64,000 nucleotides of DNA, from positions 271,808,001 through 271,872,000 of the forward strand of contig OZ024740.1 in the NCBI GenBank assembly GCA_964016885.1, in the 5' to 3' direction. The position numbers were made by a program, and so were the translations under genes. The notes below the pieces were generated by a model. The model made no database searches, had not been told where the DNA came from, and was given only the letters and a program-made list of their open reading frames with translations. Positions 50,400 to 63,007 of the stretch are shown here, one piece after another. Numbering within the stretch: position 1 is the first letter of the stretch; every line of letters starts with the position of its first letter. Origin of the DNA: Eledone cirrhosa. Lineage: Eukaryota.

Positions 50400-51590
50400 A
50401 TTCCACTTGTAGCATCCCTTTGTCATCTCCCTTGTGAGGTTTAGCGTTTTCACTTCAGCCCAGGTTTCTGTCTTTCTCTACTACAGCTTTCCTCCTCTGG
50501 CATCTGGCACTTCATTCAGTGTTCGTCATTTACATACTTCACATACCCATAACAATGCTGTCTTCTCTCTTGCACACTTCGTCTGATTCCTCGTACACAC
50601 AGAGTTTTTCTCACTTTATCTATTCCTTGTTGTTCATGCATGTTAACATTATGCATCCAAAAGAGCATGTTTGCTTCATTTCACTTCTGCCTTCTTATAT
50701 CATATGTATTTACCACCTGTGTCCTAATGCCATGGAACATCACACTTTCTATGCAGGTATTATACAGTCTAACCTTTGCTTGTAGAGAAAATTACTTTAT
50801 AGCTCTAAACTTTTTCCAGCTTGTTTTTATTCTAGCTACTTTACTTTCAGAGCAACCCCCATGATTGCTAATTAGGTCATCTAAGTAACAGAAACTAGCA
50901 ACTACTTCTATGGTACCTTCTTGATATTTGAAAAGGTTAATTTCTCTGCTGCTTCTACTACCCACTATTCCTGTGCATCTGCCATATCTAAAGTCCATCT
51001 TTTCTGTTAGTCTGCCTACAATCCCTCTACACCACTTGTGCACCTATATCTTACATTGTTTACATTGTATTGAGTTCATACCTACTCCTTTTCTACATAT
51101 CAAGCACAGCCCCTTCCCTGATGGAATCAAAGACCTTTCCTCTTTCCTACTTACTAAAACTTTCATCTTTACTAGGTTTACTTTGAGCCCTTTCAATTCT
51201 AAATTCTGTTTTCACAAGAATTTTTTCTTGGGCCCTTCTGCAGATTTGGCTATAAGAACCAGTCCATCAGCATACAGAAGTTCTCATGGATAACTAGTCT
51301 CAAATTCCTCAATTATGGCCTTGTGAACTATATTAAACAAGAGGGAACTGTGGACTGAACCCACTTGCATATTGAATTCCTTGTTAAACATACTGCTTAC
51401 TCTCACTTTACTGACAGTACCTCTGCATATGGCTTGCACTGCTCTTATAAGTCACTCATCTACATCCAGCTTCCTTAAGGACCACCAAAAACAGATCATG
51501 GTACCCTGTCAAAGGCCTTTTCCACATCTACAAAAGTTAGGTAGAGCACCTTACACTTAGCTAGGGACTTCTCTTGTAGTTGTCTCATTC
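50400..51590 (-). mobile_element. Decayed RTE LINE RT/3' region
   Basis: EVVASFCYLDDLIS..WKKFR, LLYAD and VDVEKAFDRVP-like remnants. Confidence 0.8.
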
Positions 51591-52556
51591 ATCATTAATG
51601 TCTGCTTTTTCTGCTAGCTAGGGCTGGATGGGTTGTCAATATACCGGGTTAGTACTCATAGCAGAGGTACTGACTCCACTGTGGGCTGTGGGCCTGCATC
51701 TTGCTTACAGTCCTGCACCTTACCGAGTGCTCAGATGAGTTGGCAGTTTGGAACTCACATATGATCCTGCACACTACCAAGTGCATCAGCTGATGAATCC
51801 TTACTACCCTTCGTTTGGCAAGTTTTCTACAGCTGGATGCTCTTCCTATCACTAACCACTTTACACAGTATTTTGGGTGAGTTTATCATATTAATCACCA
51901 AACAAAGGGAGAGTTTACCTGACCCTTTGTTTGGCAGTTTTCTATGGGTGGATGCTCTTCTTATCACTAAGCACTTTACACAGTATTTTGGGAGAGTTTA
52001 TCATGTTAATAGAAATATATGGGCATTTCTCTGTTTGTCTGTCTGTCTGTCCTTCCCTAAAACTCAAATGTAGGTACTACAGAAATATTACCTTCCCCTT
52101 CCTTTCTCCACTTTGGTACTACCAAGAGAAACACTGTCGCTATAGAAACATTACCTTCCCCTCTCCACTGACTTTGGTCACTGAGGCCGAGGGAATCGCT
52201 GGTTGCTATAGAGACACCCTGCACAATCCAGAAGTAACCAGTTCGAGGCGGTTCTGACTTGACACCATGCCAAGGACCATTTGAAGATATATTTCCATCG
52301 TTATATCATAACGTTTATGTATCATAACGTTTATATTTCCGTCACTAATCTCTTTTTCTCCTTTTACGTTTTAACATATATTTATTTCAAAGATTTCACC
52401 GTATAGATAACATATATATTTATACATGCATAAAAGACACACCGAGAGACGGTGAACATGTGGTGCCGAAAACATTTCTCATCCAAATCTCAACAATATC
52501 AGTATATACACTAGATTTGCTAGCAGAAAACCACCCATCGGGTGGTTTTCTGCTAG

Positions 52557-53165
52557 TCTATATATATAAAACTGAGGATGTCTGTCTGTGTGTGTGTGTG
52601 TGCCTGTGAGTTTGAATCCCTATAACTCGAGAAGTACCCAACCGATTTTTTTCAAACTTTACATGTGTATTACTTGTTTTAGGGCGTGTTATGCACATAA
52701 AAGAATTCAACTTTTTGATTCCCTAGGGCCCGCATTAGGTGAAAAACTCCGTTTTTTCAGCTTTTTAGGGTTTTTTTGAGGCGTTACGTCAGACCGATTT
52801 CCTTGAAATTGTAACTATGTATTAGTCAGTCTCTTCTTCATACCGTGAGCAAAGAAAATCCAACTTTTTTATGGCCTAGGGCTCGCATTAGGTGAAAAAC
52901 TTTATTTAAAAAATCTTTTTAGAGCTTTTTTGAGGCGTTACGTCTAGCCAATTTCCCCGAAATTTTAAGGTATATTATGCACATAAAAAAAATTCATTTT
53001 CTTGATCCCCTAGGGCCTGCATTAGGTGAAAAACCTGCATTTTTCCTGCTTCATCGAGGAAAATCTTTAAGATTATTCTTTACAGTCCAGGCATGCAGTT
53101 TTTCCACGATTAGGTCTGTTGGCGGACCGCGTTCCAAAATACCTTATCCCGTGCCACGCTGCTAG
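52557..53165 (+). mobile_element. Non-autonomous Helitron-like element
   Basis: Starts TCTATATATATAAAA and ends ...cccgtgccacgctgCTAG|T. Three internal cctaggg..cgcattaggtgaaaaac repeats. Confidence 0.7.
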
Positions 53166-53199
53166 TTAGTTACCACTGCTAGTTAGTTATATTATCACT

Positions 53200-53930
53200 T
53201 GATCCATCAGTTTCATGCCTCTGTAGTTGCTTCTTACTAGAGGATAACCTTTTCCCTTGTAACATCAATGATTATATTGCTATGTCAGTCATTGCATATA
53301 ACACCATCAAGTATTTCCTGATTAATCATGTAGCTGACTAGTTTGACTCATTCTTCCACTGATAATATCAGCATCTCAGTGACTATCTCTGATGGTTCAG
53401 CAGCTTTTTTCATCTCCTGATTAACTCTTTAACCCCATACTGTCTATTTCGATAGCCAATCTCTCTGTTACCTCTAATGGGAATAGTCCCTCATTCTTCT
53501 ACTCATTCTCCACATTCATCAATCCCTCTTAATAACATTTCCAAGCCTCTGTCTTCTGAGTCCCAGTGAGGTTAGTGCACCAGTGTTATTCTGAACACAC
53601 TTTTCTCTGCTTTGCAGATGGAGCACCCCACATTTCTGATCCTCACATCGTAGAATGTTGGCAAACTTCCTACTTTCAGCCTCTTTATGTGCTATGATAA
53701 CCTTCCTTCTATTATGGTCCTCATTGCACAGAACATTTCTTACTTTTAGCTTCTTTTTTTGCAGAGTGTACCTGACTTGTAGCTTCTCTCCTAGATTCTT
53801 GGTATTGTTCTCTGCTTCCCACTTTCTGCCAGTCTTTTCATGGCTTTAATTGCCTCATCCACTTTACTGGTTCACCACCATGTTACCCTTCACATTCTTG
53901 GAGCTTTGCTCCAATCACAGATCTTGTGTG
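53200..53930 (-). mobile_element. Decayed RTE LINE fragment
   Basis: Homologous to ~12800-13500 (VTWW, EAWKCY, CFQN motifs). Confidence 0.7.
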
Positions 53931-53935
53931 TGGCT

Positions 53936-54368
53936 TTAACTCTTTCGCATTTACATTATTCTATATATAAGGCACAGTGAATTGGCAGTATCGGTAGAGG
54001 GTTGGACGCCATGCTTTCTAGCATAGTTATGTCCCTTTACGGTCTGAGTTCAAATTCCGTTGTGGTTAACTTTGCCTTTCATCCTTACGGGGGTCGATAA
54101 AATAAAGTACCAGTAATATACTGTGTAATTGCTTGCCCTGTGTCAAAAGTAGAAACAATTATTCTATATATATACTATTGTATTTTCGGGGTAAATGCTT
54201 TACTTCACATAATTATCTCGCATAATATTGAATCTATGAGATTTTGATACTATTTATTTTGAGAGCAAACCTTAATGTCGGGATGAGTGGCTGGTAATGG
54301 CCGGTTTGAACAGAAAGAGGTGAGAGAATTCTGGCTGGATATGGCCAGTTTAAATGCTAAAGGGTTAA
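53936..54368. mobile_element. piggyBac-like MITE containing a family A SINE
   Basis: ttaactctttcgcattta...taaatgctaaagggttaa. The SINE TSD is ttattctatatata. Confidence 0.8.
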
Positions 54369-54984
54369 GCAGCTTATCTGTCAGAAAACATCACTTTCTT
54401 CCATGTTTAGGAGGCAAATAGTATGGAAGAGATAGAAAGCAGGAGAAAAAGGAAAGTGTGAAGAAGAAGCATGAGAATGGAAGTAAGATGTTATAATAGT
54501 ATGAAACAAAGAGTATCAATAAGAGTATCAATAAGAGAAGTTAAAATGATGTAGAAGGTAACTGGTAGTGACTATGGTGGAATGGACATTGTAATTGTGA
54601 TGCAGCTTTTTCTTGGCATTATTGATGTCATTCACCCTTCCAGAGTTGATAAAATACTGTGTATACTCAAATATAAACCAGCTCCTCCATTTTATGTCTG
54701 AGAAATTGACAAAAATCTAAAGCTCATTTATAAGCAGAGACAGCTTATGAACATATGTTTAGATGGGGAATATAAGCTGGACCCCCACCACAACCCCTAC
54801 CCCATTTTTACCATCGTTTCTTTGTTTTTTTTTTGGGTACACAATTCTCTACTTATATTTGAGTATATACGGTAATTACCAGTTAATTACTGGTCAACGT
54901 AATTGACTGTTCCTTCTGACTAAAATTCCTGATTTTGTGCTTATGTATAAAAATACTTCAAATGCAAGTTAAATAGAAACAGAG

Positions 54985-56122
54985 TTGCATCAGTTGTTAG
55001 TTGTCAGGACACTGCATCCTTCAAAACTTCCATGCTTCCCGAAATTCACCAACACTACATCTGATATTCTCCCTCCATTCACATGCACGCACGTGTTCTG
55101 TATGTATATCATCATTCATACACTGTTCACTTTCCTGACATTTGTACATTATTCTATGGATTGGCAGTATCAGTAGAGGTGTCGGACGCAATGCTTTGCA
55201 ACATAGTTACGGCCCTTTATGATCTGAGTTCAAATCCCGCCAAGATTAACTTTGCCTTTCATCCTTACGGGGTCGATAAAACAAAGTACCAGTAATACAC
55301 TGGGGTAATTGCTGGCTTTGTGCCAAAAGTAGAAAGAATTATTCTATGTACTATACATGCACCTTTGATGAGTTCTAATGCACGTGAGCATTGTACACAA
55401 TAGTTTTTATTATTAAGAAAAATTATTATTATGGCTTAGTGGTTAGAGCATTGGCCCTGCAATCGAAAGGTTGTGAAATACATTCTCAGACCGGGTGATG
55501 TGTTTCCTTGAGCAAGACACTTTATTTCACATTGCTCCAGTTTACTCAGCTGTAGAAATGAGATGATAGGGACTTGGGTCCCTATCATTCCACTGCAAAG
55601 TGGACGTGTAGGCGCCATGGCAAAAAAGCACCCAGCACTCACTGTATCCAGCTGTAGAAATCAAGCCAGAATCAGTTCCCGTCCCACCCTTGAAAGCAGG
55701 TAAAAGCGGACGTAAAATGAAATGATGAAAATGAAATGATTAATTCGGTGGTTTGGCAGTATCAGTAAAGTGTCAGACACCATGCTTTGCAGCATAGAGT
55801 TATGGCTCTTTGTGTTCTAATTTTAAATCCACCGAGGTTAACTTTGCCCTTTATCCTTACGGGATCGATAAAATAAAGTACCAGTAATGTACTGGAGTAA
55901 TTGCTGGCCTTGTGCCAAAAGTAGAAACTCTTAAGGGCGATGGATTGGCAGTATCATTAGAGAGTCGGGCACCATGCTTTGCAACATAGAGTTACGTCCT
56001 TTTTCAGTCTGAGTTCAAATCCCGCCGAGGTTAACTTTGCCTTTCATCCTTATGGGGTTGATAAAATAAAGCACCAGTAATACACTGGGATAATTGCTGG
56101 CCTTGTGCCAAAAGTAGAAACA
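54985..56122 (+). mobile_element. Nested cluster: CR1 3' end with an inserted family A SINE, one family B SINE, and two further family A SINEs
   Basis: TSD attattctatg flanks 55159-55337. Other parts match copies elsewhere in the window. Confidence 0.8.
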
Positions 56123-56568
56123 ATTATTATTATTATTATAAAGACTGATGGTTACGGAGAAATCGAAAGAATAAGAGATATAGTAAAAAGTGTCAACTAT
56201 TGAGTTTTTGGTTGAGAATAACCACTCCCCAACATTATACTCTTGCTTACAACTTAGGCACATACCAATGAGGTAACCTCTATATGGATACTCAACCTGC
56301 TAGAAATGGAAGCCAATTCTTCCTCAAACGACACACTACCATATTTAAAAAAAGAAAAAATGCAAGGCCACATCTGGTATTGTAGTCCTAGATTCATTAT
56401 GCTGAAAAATAAAGACAGGGTGGACAAATAAAAAATATCTTTGATCATAAACCTGGGGCTAAACAATAACAATGATGACAACTCTTGAATTTTGGAGGGT
56501 CTGCAGAAATCATGGGGACAACTCCTCTCTCTTCCCCACCTAAATTTTCAATGCTAATGTTCTAACCA

Positions 56569-56604
<36 letters not shown>

Positions 56605-56734
56605 TATTATATTTATATATATATATATATATAATAGCTCACTGAATATGCACGTGTATTTCTTTTCTCAATATTTTCTGTTTCTTCTTCTTCTCATTCT
56701 TTATCTTTTATTTCATCTTTTATTTCTCATTCTA

Positions 56735-56770
56735 TCTTCTGATGAAGGACTAGTGTCCGAAATGTTAAGA
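56735..56770 (+). ncRNA. Minimal type I hammerhead motif (same family as 4097-4132)
   Basis: TCTT-CTGATGA-A-GGAC(TAGT)GTCC-GAAA-TGTT-AAGA. Flanks are homologous to the 4.1-kb copy. Confidence 0.75.
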
Positions 56771-56796
56771 TTCTTTTCCTATTATTTCAAGTGTTA

Positions 56797-56839
<43 letters not shown>

Positions 56840-57039
56840 ACTATTGCTGTGAAGATATATATCACACTCTACTTTTGTCTAGTCTAAACAATAACTTTTC
56901 CAAACACCCACTTTACTTTTCTTTAAAAATAACAGCCACCTAGTTTTATATCTGCCTTATACTTGGATTTGGGGGCCTCTGTTGTGTATATATATGCACT
57001 TGTGCGTACACATATATATATACACACCTGTATGGATTT

Positions 57040-57345
57040 GTGTGTGTAGATGTGTGTGTGTCTGAGGGGGCAGGTGTGAGTGTATGTACAAGTCAACCAA
57101 CATAAGTCTTTTTATTTCTAAAATTTCTAAACTTTCTAAGTATTTGACTCTAACCATTATTTTCAGTATTACCACCCCACAGTAATTCCTCAATTTGTAT
57201 GTGTGTGTGTGTGTGTGTGTCTGTAGGGGTGGGTGTGAGTGTATGTGCAAGTCAACCTACATAAGTCTTTTTATTTGTAAATTTTCTAGTATTCTACTCT
57301 AACCATAATTTTCAGTAATACCACTCCACATAAATTCCTCAATTT
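57040..57345. repeat. Direct tandem duplication of ~175 bp
   Basis: gtgtgagtgtatgt.caagtcaacc.acataagtctttttatt...aattcctcaattt, two copies. Confidence 0.85.
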
Positions 57346-57652
57346 AAGAATGACCTGTAGTATCGAATTTCATACTATGAACCTCAATTGAATATATATC
57401 TGACCAGGAATGCTTTTTGTGAAAATCAGTCATATGGAACTATTGTCATCTTGCCTAAAGTTTGAACTTTACAACACCACCTGCCTCTTTGATGTCAAAT
57501 ACCAACCCTACTATCATCTACAAACTGACCAATGAGAATTAAGACTATTCCTGCTAACAACATTAAATTATTCCTAACAAGCACATATGTCCCAAGGCTC
57601 TGATACCATCAACACCATAAACACAGAGCTGGCATATCTAAGAACTGACTAT

Positions 57653-57706
57653 CTGCCTGATGAGGTCATAGCCATTCAATGGCTATCATCGAAATATATA
57701 TAGCAG
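57653..57706 (+). ncRNA. Type I hammerhead motif with palindromic helix III
   Basis: CTGC-CTGATGA-GGTCATAGCCAT(TCA)ATGGCTATCATC-GAAA-TATATATA-GCAG. Confidence 0.85.
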
Positions 57707-57774
57707 TAAATAAAGGATTATGAGTTCATGCAATTGACTTATGTTTCGTCACTATATATATATATGCACATTTA

Positions 57775-57824
<50 letters not shown>

Positions 57825-58092
57825 AGTCTTAGACATGAACAAAAACAGAGAGGCAGTACAAATATGAGTTTATTAGGTTCATGTATGTAAAAAGTAAACA
57901 GAAATAACAAAACAAACAGCACAGTATATGGAAGGAATATATTTATTATATATAATATATACATATATATAATTATATACATATATATATATATAAAATT
58001 ATAGTAGGAGAATAAACAACCAAGTTCTTGAAAAAATATTTATTTGTTTACAATTGTTTCAGAGGACATAATCACAATCTGTATATATATTT

Positions 58093-58159
<67 letters not shown>

Positions 58160-58192
58160 ATGTGTATGTATATATATATATATATATATATA

Positions 58193-58372
58193 TAGGAGAA
58201 AGTGTCACTCCGACGGCTGAGCTCAAGTCGTTTCGAGTCCAGAAATAGCCGTCAAAACGGTTTGAGCTCTGCCGTCGGGGTCACACTTTCTCCTATTACC
58301 CACTCTACTACCCTAAGTATTGAGTACACTGGTGCGTTATGGTCCATCTGGTTCCTTACCACAACTCCCTTG
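58193..58372. mobile_element. Fold-back-headed repeat between (TA)n arrays
   Basis: 34-bp inverted arms (3 mismatches) followed by a body shared with 59164-59300 and, inverted, with ~19140-19200. Confidence 0.7.
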
Positions 58373-58463
<91 letters not shown>

Positions 58464-58465
58464 TG

Positions 58466-58656
58466 AGAAAACTCATTGCTAGAATAGCTGTTAAAACCAC
58501 TAAATGCTGTCAAAGACAGCCAAGGGCAAAAATGTCTCAGAGGACAGAGACCATCAACCAGTGGTCAACAGAGAGACAATCCACAAGGTGGGTGACAAGT
58601 CGCTGCCTTTGACAGCATTTAGTTGTTTTAACAGCTGTTCTAGCAATGAGTTTTCT
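58466..58656. repeat. 55-bp inverted repeat with ~80-bp spacer
   Basis: agaaaactcattgctagaatagctgttaaaac..tgtcaaagacagc and its reverse complement. Confidence 0.85.
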
Positions 58657-58888
58657 AATTTTTATGTTTTCAAATACACTCTTGCTTCGTCTCAATCAGA
58701 GATAACATTGTTTTTTCACACATATATATATATATATATATATAACCAAAGATTAATATGGTTCATTGATTACTCAATGAATATAGTTTTATAATAGATT
58801 AAAAGCACTCTACAAAGAAGTTTTCTGGAGTTATTAATATTATTCAAAATATTAATAAATAAAGACATTCACATAATCAAAATATATG

Positions 58889-58950
58889 TTTTATTATATA
58901 TATTTCGAAGGTACTGTGCTGTTTTTTCAGTACGTCCTCGTCAGATAAAA
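58889..58950 (-). ncRNA. Type I hammerhead motif in the left arm of a 125-bp inverted repeat
   Basis: Minus strand: TTTTAT-CTGACGA-GGACGTACTG(AAAAAACAGCA)CAGTACCTTC-GAAA-TATATATA-ATAAAA. Confidence 0.85.
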
Positions 58951-59041
58951 TACATGAATTGATGTATGACATACCTCAACGGTCTTGATGGTTCAATTCC
59001 AGTATTGGCAGAATTCATGTATTTTGTCATCAATTCATGTA

Positions 59042-59100
59042 TTTTATCTGAAGAGGACGTACTGAAAAAACAGCACGGTACCTTTGAAATATATATAAAA
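59042..59100 (+). ncRNA. Degenerate hammerhead copy in the right arm
   Basis: TTTTAT-CTGAAGA-GGACGTACTG..CGGTACCTTT-GAAA-TATAT-ATAAAA. The helix III segment is 3 nt shorter than in the left arm. Confidence 0.65.
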
Positions 59101-59339
59101 CATATATTTTGATTATGTGAATGTCTTCATTTATTAATATTTTGAATAATATATATATATATATAAGAACAAGTATGACCCCGACGGCAGAGCTCTGCCG
59201 TCGGAGTCATACTTGTTCTTATTACCCACTCTACTACCCTAAGTATTGAGTACTTTGGTGCGTTATGGTCCATCTGGTTCCTTACCACAATTCCTTCGTT
59301 ATATATATATATATATTTATTTATTTCTATTTCATTTAG

Positions 59340-59599
59340 ATTACACACAATACCTCAATCAAGTTTCAGACACAGTTCAAGGAACCACAGTAACATTTGT
59401 CAGTCATGAAGATGGAGTTTCAATTGATTCAAAACAAACAGCAGCTGATTTGTGTCAACAAATTTCACATGCTGTGTTTGGGGAGATTACAGATAGCCAT
59501 GCAGAAGTTGCCAGTGTCTTTACTCCTTTGTTCTTTGAACAACCTCAACCCGTGCCTTCAGCTAACGAAGTCATCAGTGTCAAGCCTCCTGTTGGAAAA
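59340..59599 (+). CDS. ZNF236: ZNF236 coding exon 2 ((D)YTQYLNQVSD...VISVKPPVGK)
   Basis: Bounded by ttcatttag and gtaagt, open frame, phase 1/0 compatible with the neighbouring exons. Confidence 0.75.
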
Positions 59600-60557
59600 G
59601 TAAGTCACAGCTAAGGTTTTCATGTTATGTAAATTGATGTATAGACACATGCTAATTCTCTATCTTTATCCCTCCCTCTCTTCTCTCTCTCTTAATAGTT
59701 TCAGTCATTGAACTGAAGTGATACTTGGGCACCACCTTGAAATGTTTTAATCAATCATATTGAGCTCAGCACTTATTCTTTTTCAAATTTGGTACTTATT
59801 TTATTGATCTTTGTCAAAAATGCTAAGTTACAAGTCCAGACAAACAGCACAGAGAGAGAGAGAGAGAGAGAAAGAGAGACAGACACTTTTGTAGAGTTTC
59901 CTTCTGCCAAATTGGTCAATATGAGAGTATAGAAGACACTTGCTCAAGTTGTCATGTAGTGAGAATGATCCTGAAATCACTTGGTTGAAAAGTGAACTCC
60001 TTAACCACATAACCATGTCTGCACCTATTTAATTTTCTCTTGCTTTCTTATTTTCTCTTTTGCTTTATTTCTCTCTCTCTTTCTCTTGCTCCTTCCCCAT
60101 TTCTCAATTTATCTATTGTTTCTACATCATCATGTTCACCATTTCCATTTTGTCATGGGCTGGAATGAAATTCCTATTGTAGGTTTTCTATGGTTGCATG
60201 TCCTTCTTGTCACCAATCCATTACTTACTTATTAAATATGGTATATAACGCTAACGCATTCATGTGTGTTATTCTGTGTTCAAAATCTTATATCAATAAA
60301 TAGAAAAGAAAATGTTGCTTGAAAATCCTTATTAAAAAAACAAATCAATTTTTCTATTAATACAATGAGTTATTTTTTTTATCATCTTTGTCCTACACAG
60401 GGCCTTTCAATCTTTATCTGCTAGACACCTCACATTAACCTATATTTGGATATTCATCAATTTCAGTTATACCTCTTAGGGTAAAATCATTTTTTTGTAA
60501 TTTCCTAACCCCTTTATCACAAAAGTATATTTATTCCTAGTGATTTTGTATTGGGGA

Positions 60558-60639
<82 letters not shown>

Positions 60640-60682
60640 GCAACTCATTGCTGTTATTAAAACATTTCATTATTTTAATATT

Positions 60683-60897
60683 AAGTGGATTGGCAATATT
60701 GATGGAGCGCCGGACAACATGCTTTGCAGCATATAGTTACGGCCCTTTATGTTCTGAGTTCAAATCCCACCAAGGTTAGCTTTGTCTTTCATTCTTATGG
60801 GGTTGACAAAATAAAGTACCAGTAATGCACTGGGGTCGATTTAATTGACTTATCCTTTCCCTTAAAATTACTGGTCTTGTGCTTAAATCAAAAACCA
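60683..60897 (+). mobile_element. Family A SINE
   Basis: Has the head, B box gagttcaaatcc and the aaataaagtaccag core. Confidence 0.8.
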
Positions 60898-60991
60898 TTA
60901 TTTTAATATTAAGTTATGTAACTTTGTTTTTGATATTTGCTTTTGAACAAGTTACAGGTAAACAAGCATCTCTCTTTGTATTATATTTTAG

Positions 60992-61294
60992 GGTCCCTAT
61001 CAATGTAAAAGCTGTGATAAAAACTTTCCCAAATGGAATCAGTTACAGCGTCATAGAAAGACGCACGAAGAAGATAAGCCATATCGATGCACATACTGTA
61101 ATGATTCTTTTAATGTCGAAGATAACTTGAAGCTTCACTTGGCTACACATCCACAGAATGATGACCGACAACCGATGTGTCCTCAATGTGGGAAAACGTT
61201 CACTCGAATTGCTAGTCTCAAAGCTCATATCATGCTGCATGTGAAAGAGGAAAGCCTCATGTGTACAGAATGTGGTGATGAATTCAGTCTTCAG
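60992..61294 (+). CDS. ZNF236: ZNF236 exon with three C2H2 fingers and the start of a fourth
   Basis: [80 protein letters not shown]. Matches my recollection of the vertebrate ZNF236 block [27 protein letters not shown]. 303 nt, AG/GT boundaries. Confidence 0.92.
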
Positions 61295-62557
61295 GTGAGT
61301 TATCTTCTTTCTCTTCTCTATCACCACCACCACCATCTTCTATGCCATGCTCATTGCTGTTCCATCATCATCATTATCATCACCATTGTCGTCTTCATCA
61401 TCATCATCATCATCATAATCTTACATATTTTCTTCCTAATCATTACTTGATTCAAACCTTGATTTTTTTTATTATTTTCAAGTATGCCAGCACCTGGTCT
61501 TGAAACTGAATCCTTTGAACTACTGTCATGTGAATATAATTTTGCTCTTCTGTCCCTTTTTTTCATCAGAGCCAATTGGATAAACATATGCAAGAGCATC
61601 GAGAAGAGCATGGCAACAATCGTTCTTACTGCTGTCGACAGTGTTCACAGGAATTCTCCAAAATAACATTACTACGGGAACATATGAAACAACACTATCG
61701 CATCAAGTAAGTTAGAAAATTGTTATATCTGCTGCAGTTGTTTTGACAGCTGAGGCAAGTGTAGAGAAGACAAAAAAGCAATCTTGTTTTGATTGTTGTC
61801 TCCAAGATAGTATTATTCACTGAAAATAATGTCCTGTTCTTTAACCAGCTATGTCATTGCATCTAGTCAAAGTTAGCTCTGCAGAATTTCTTTCTCCCCA
61901 TTATTATATGCTTGCAGGAGAATGAGCCAACAAGGGATCCTCTGCATGGTTTCTTTATCTGCTAGAAATGACATCCAAATCTCTCTCAAATCATATTCTT
62001 CTGTCTTTTTCCATTACTGTTTAGTCAGTGAGGGAAGGTCAGTGCCTATAACTCATTATTTTTTTAGGTACTCTAAGACTGGTTGTAGGAAGAAAGAAAG
62101 TTATTCTCAAATGGGTGATCTGGCTTGAATGCTTGCAACAGAGTGGGCTCTGCTAAAGGCTCCCAAGAATCAGTAGGTTATGTTCAACTGAACAATGGAT
62201 TAAGTCAACAACATAAGAATGGAAAGAGCTGGGACAAATATCAAAAGGCGTCTCAATCGATGCTTTAACTGTTCCACCAATACGCTTCTCTGGACTGGTA
62301 CCTTATTTTATTGGCCCTGAAAGGATGGGAAATGAAGTTGGCTTTAGCAGGATTTGAACACAGAACATAGGGTCAGAACAAATTAGATAAGAAAGGCCAT
62401 GTTGGATAATGTAGTATAAGTAATAAAACAAAAAATATTGGTTGGTCATAGTAGGAATCAGGGCTGATCTGGGGTGAAATAACAACAACCTACTGGAGAT
62501 ACTAATTATAACTATTCTGGGTCATATAGAATTACGTATATTGGTAATGGAAACAAC

Positions 62558-62765
62558 TACCATATATACTCAAATATAAGCCAAGGAATATGTGACCCAA
62601 AAACTGATTGTAGATGGCGGGGGTCAGCTTTTATTCGGCATCAATATTTTGACGATTTTCACCAACTTCAAATTCTATGTAAATAAGGTTTGGCTTTTTT
62701 TCTCAGACATAAAATAGTGGGGTCAGCTTTTATTTATATTGGCTTATATTCGAGTATATATGGTA
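62558..62765. mobile_element. pogo/Tigger-like MITE, complete
   Basis: TIRs taccatatatactcaaatataagcc / ggcttatattcgagtatatatggta. Confidence 0.8.
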
Positions 62766-63007
62766 AATGCTAATGTCAGGTTGTAAACTATTGCTTTCTC
62801 AGATGGTTGTTTGGTACTTTATTTACTTGCCTATCTGTGCTGAAAGGAAAACATACAATTAGTTGTTTCAAGGGAGCATGGGTTGTAGTAGTATTGGTCA
62901 AAGCAAACTGCTTGCCAAGTAAGTTAATAATAGAAGTGTATATGAAGGCATATACAATATGTTTATGCATAATAAATATATATAAGTTTCATTATAACTG
63001 TTCTGAA

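Noticed and set aside
52435-52485. ccgagagac-ggtg..gtgcc-gaaaac hammerhead-like string
   Set aside because: No CUGANGA core and no stem I.
52720-53040. Regularly spaced ~28-bp repeats resembling a CRISPR array
   Set aside because: The spacers are long and partly homologous, the context is eukaryotic with no cas genes, and the repeats are internal to a Helitron-like element.
60401-60480. Extra ZNF236 exon after tcctacacag
   Set aside because: In-frame TAG after seven codons, and the flanking exons already join in phase.
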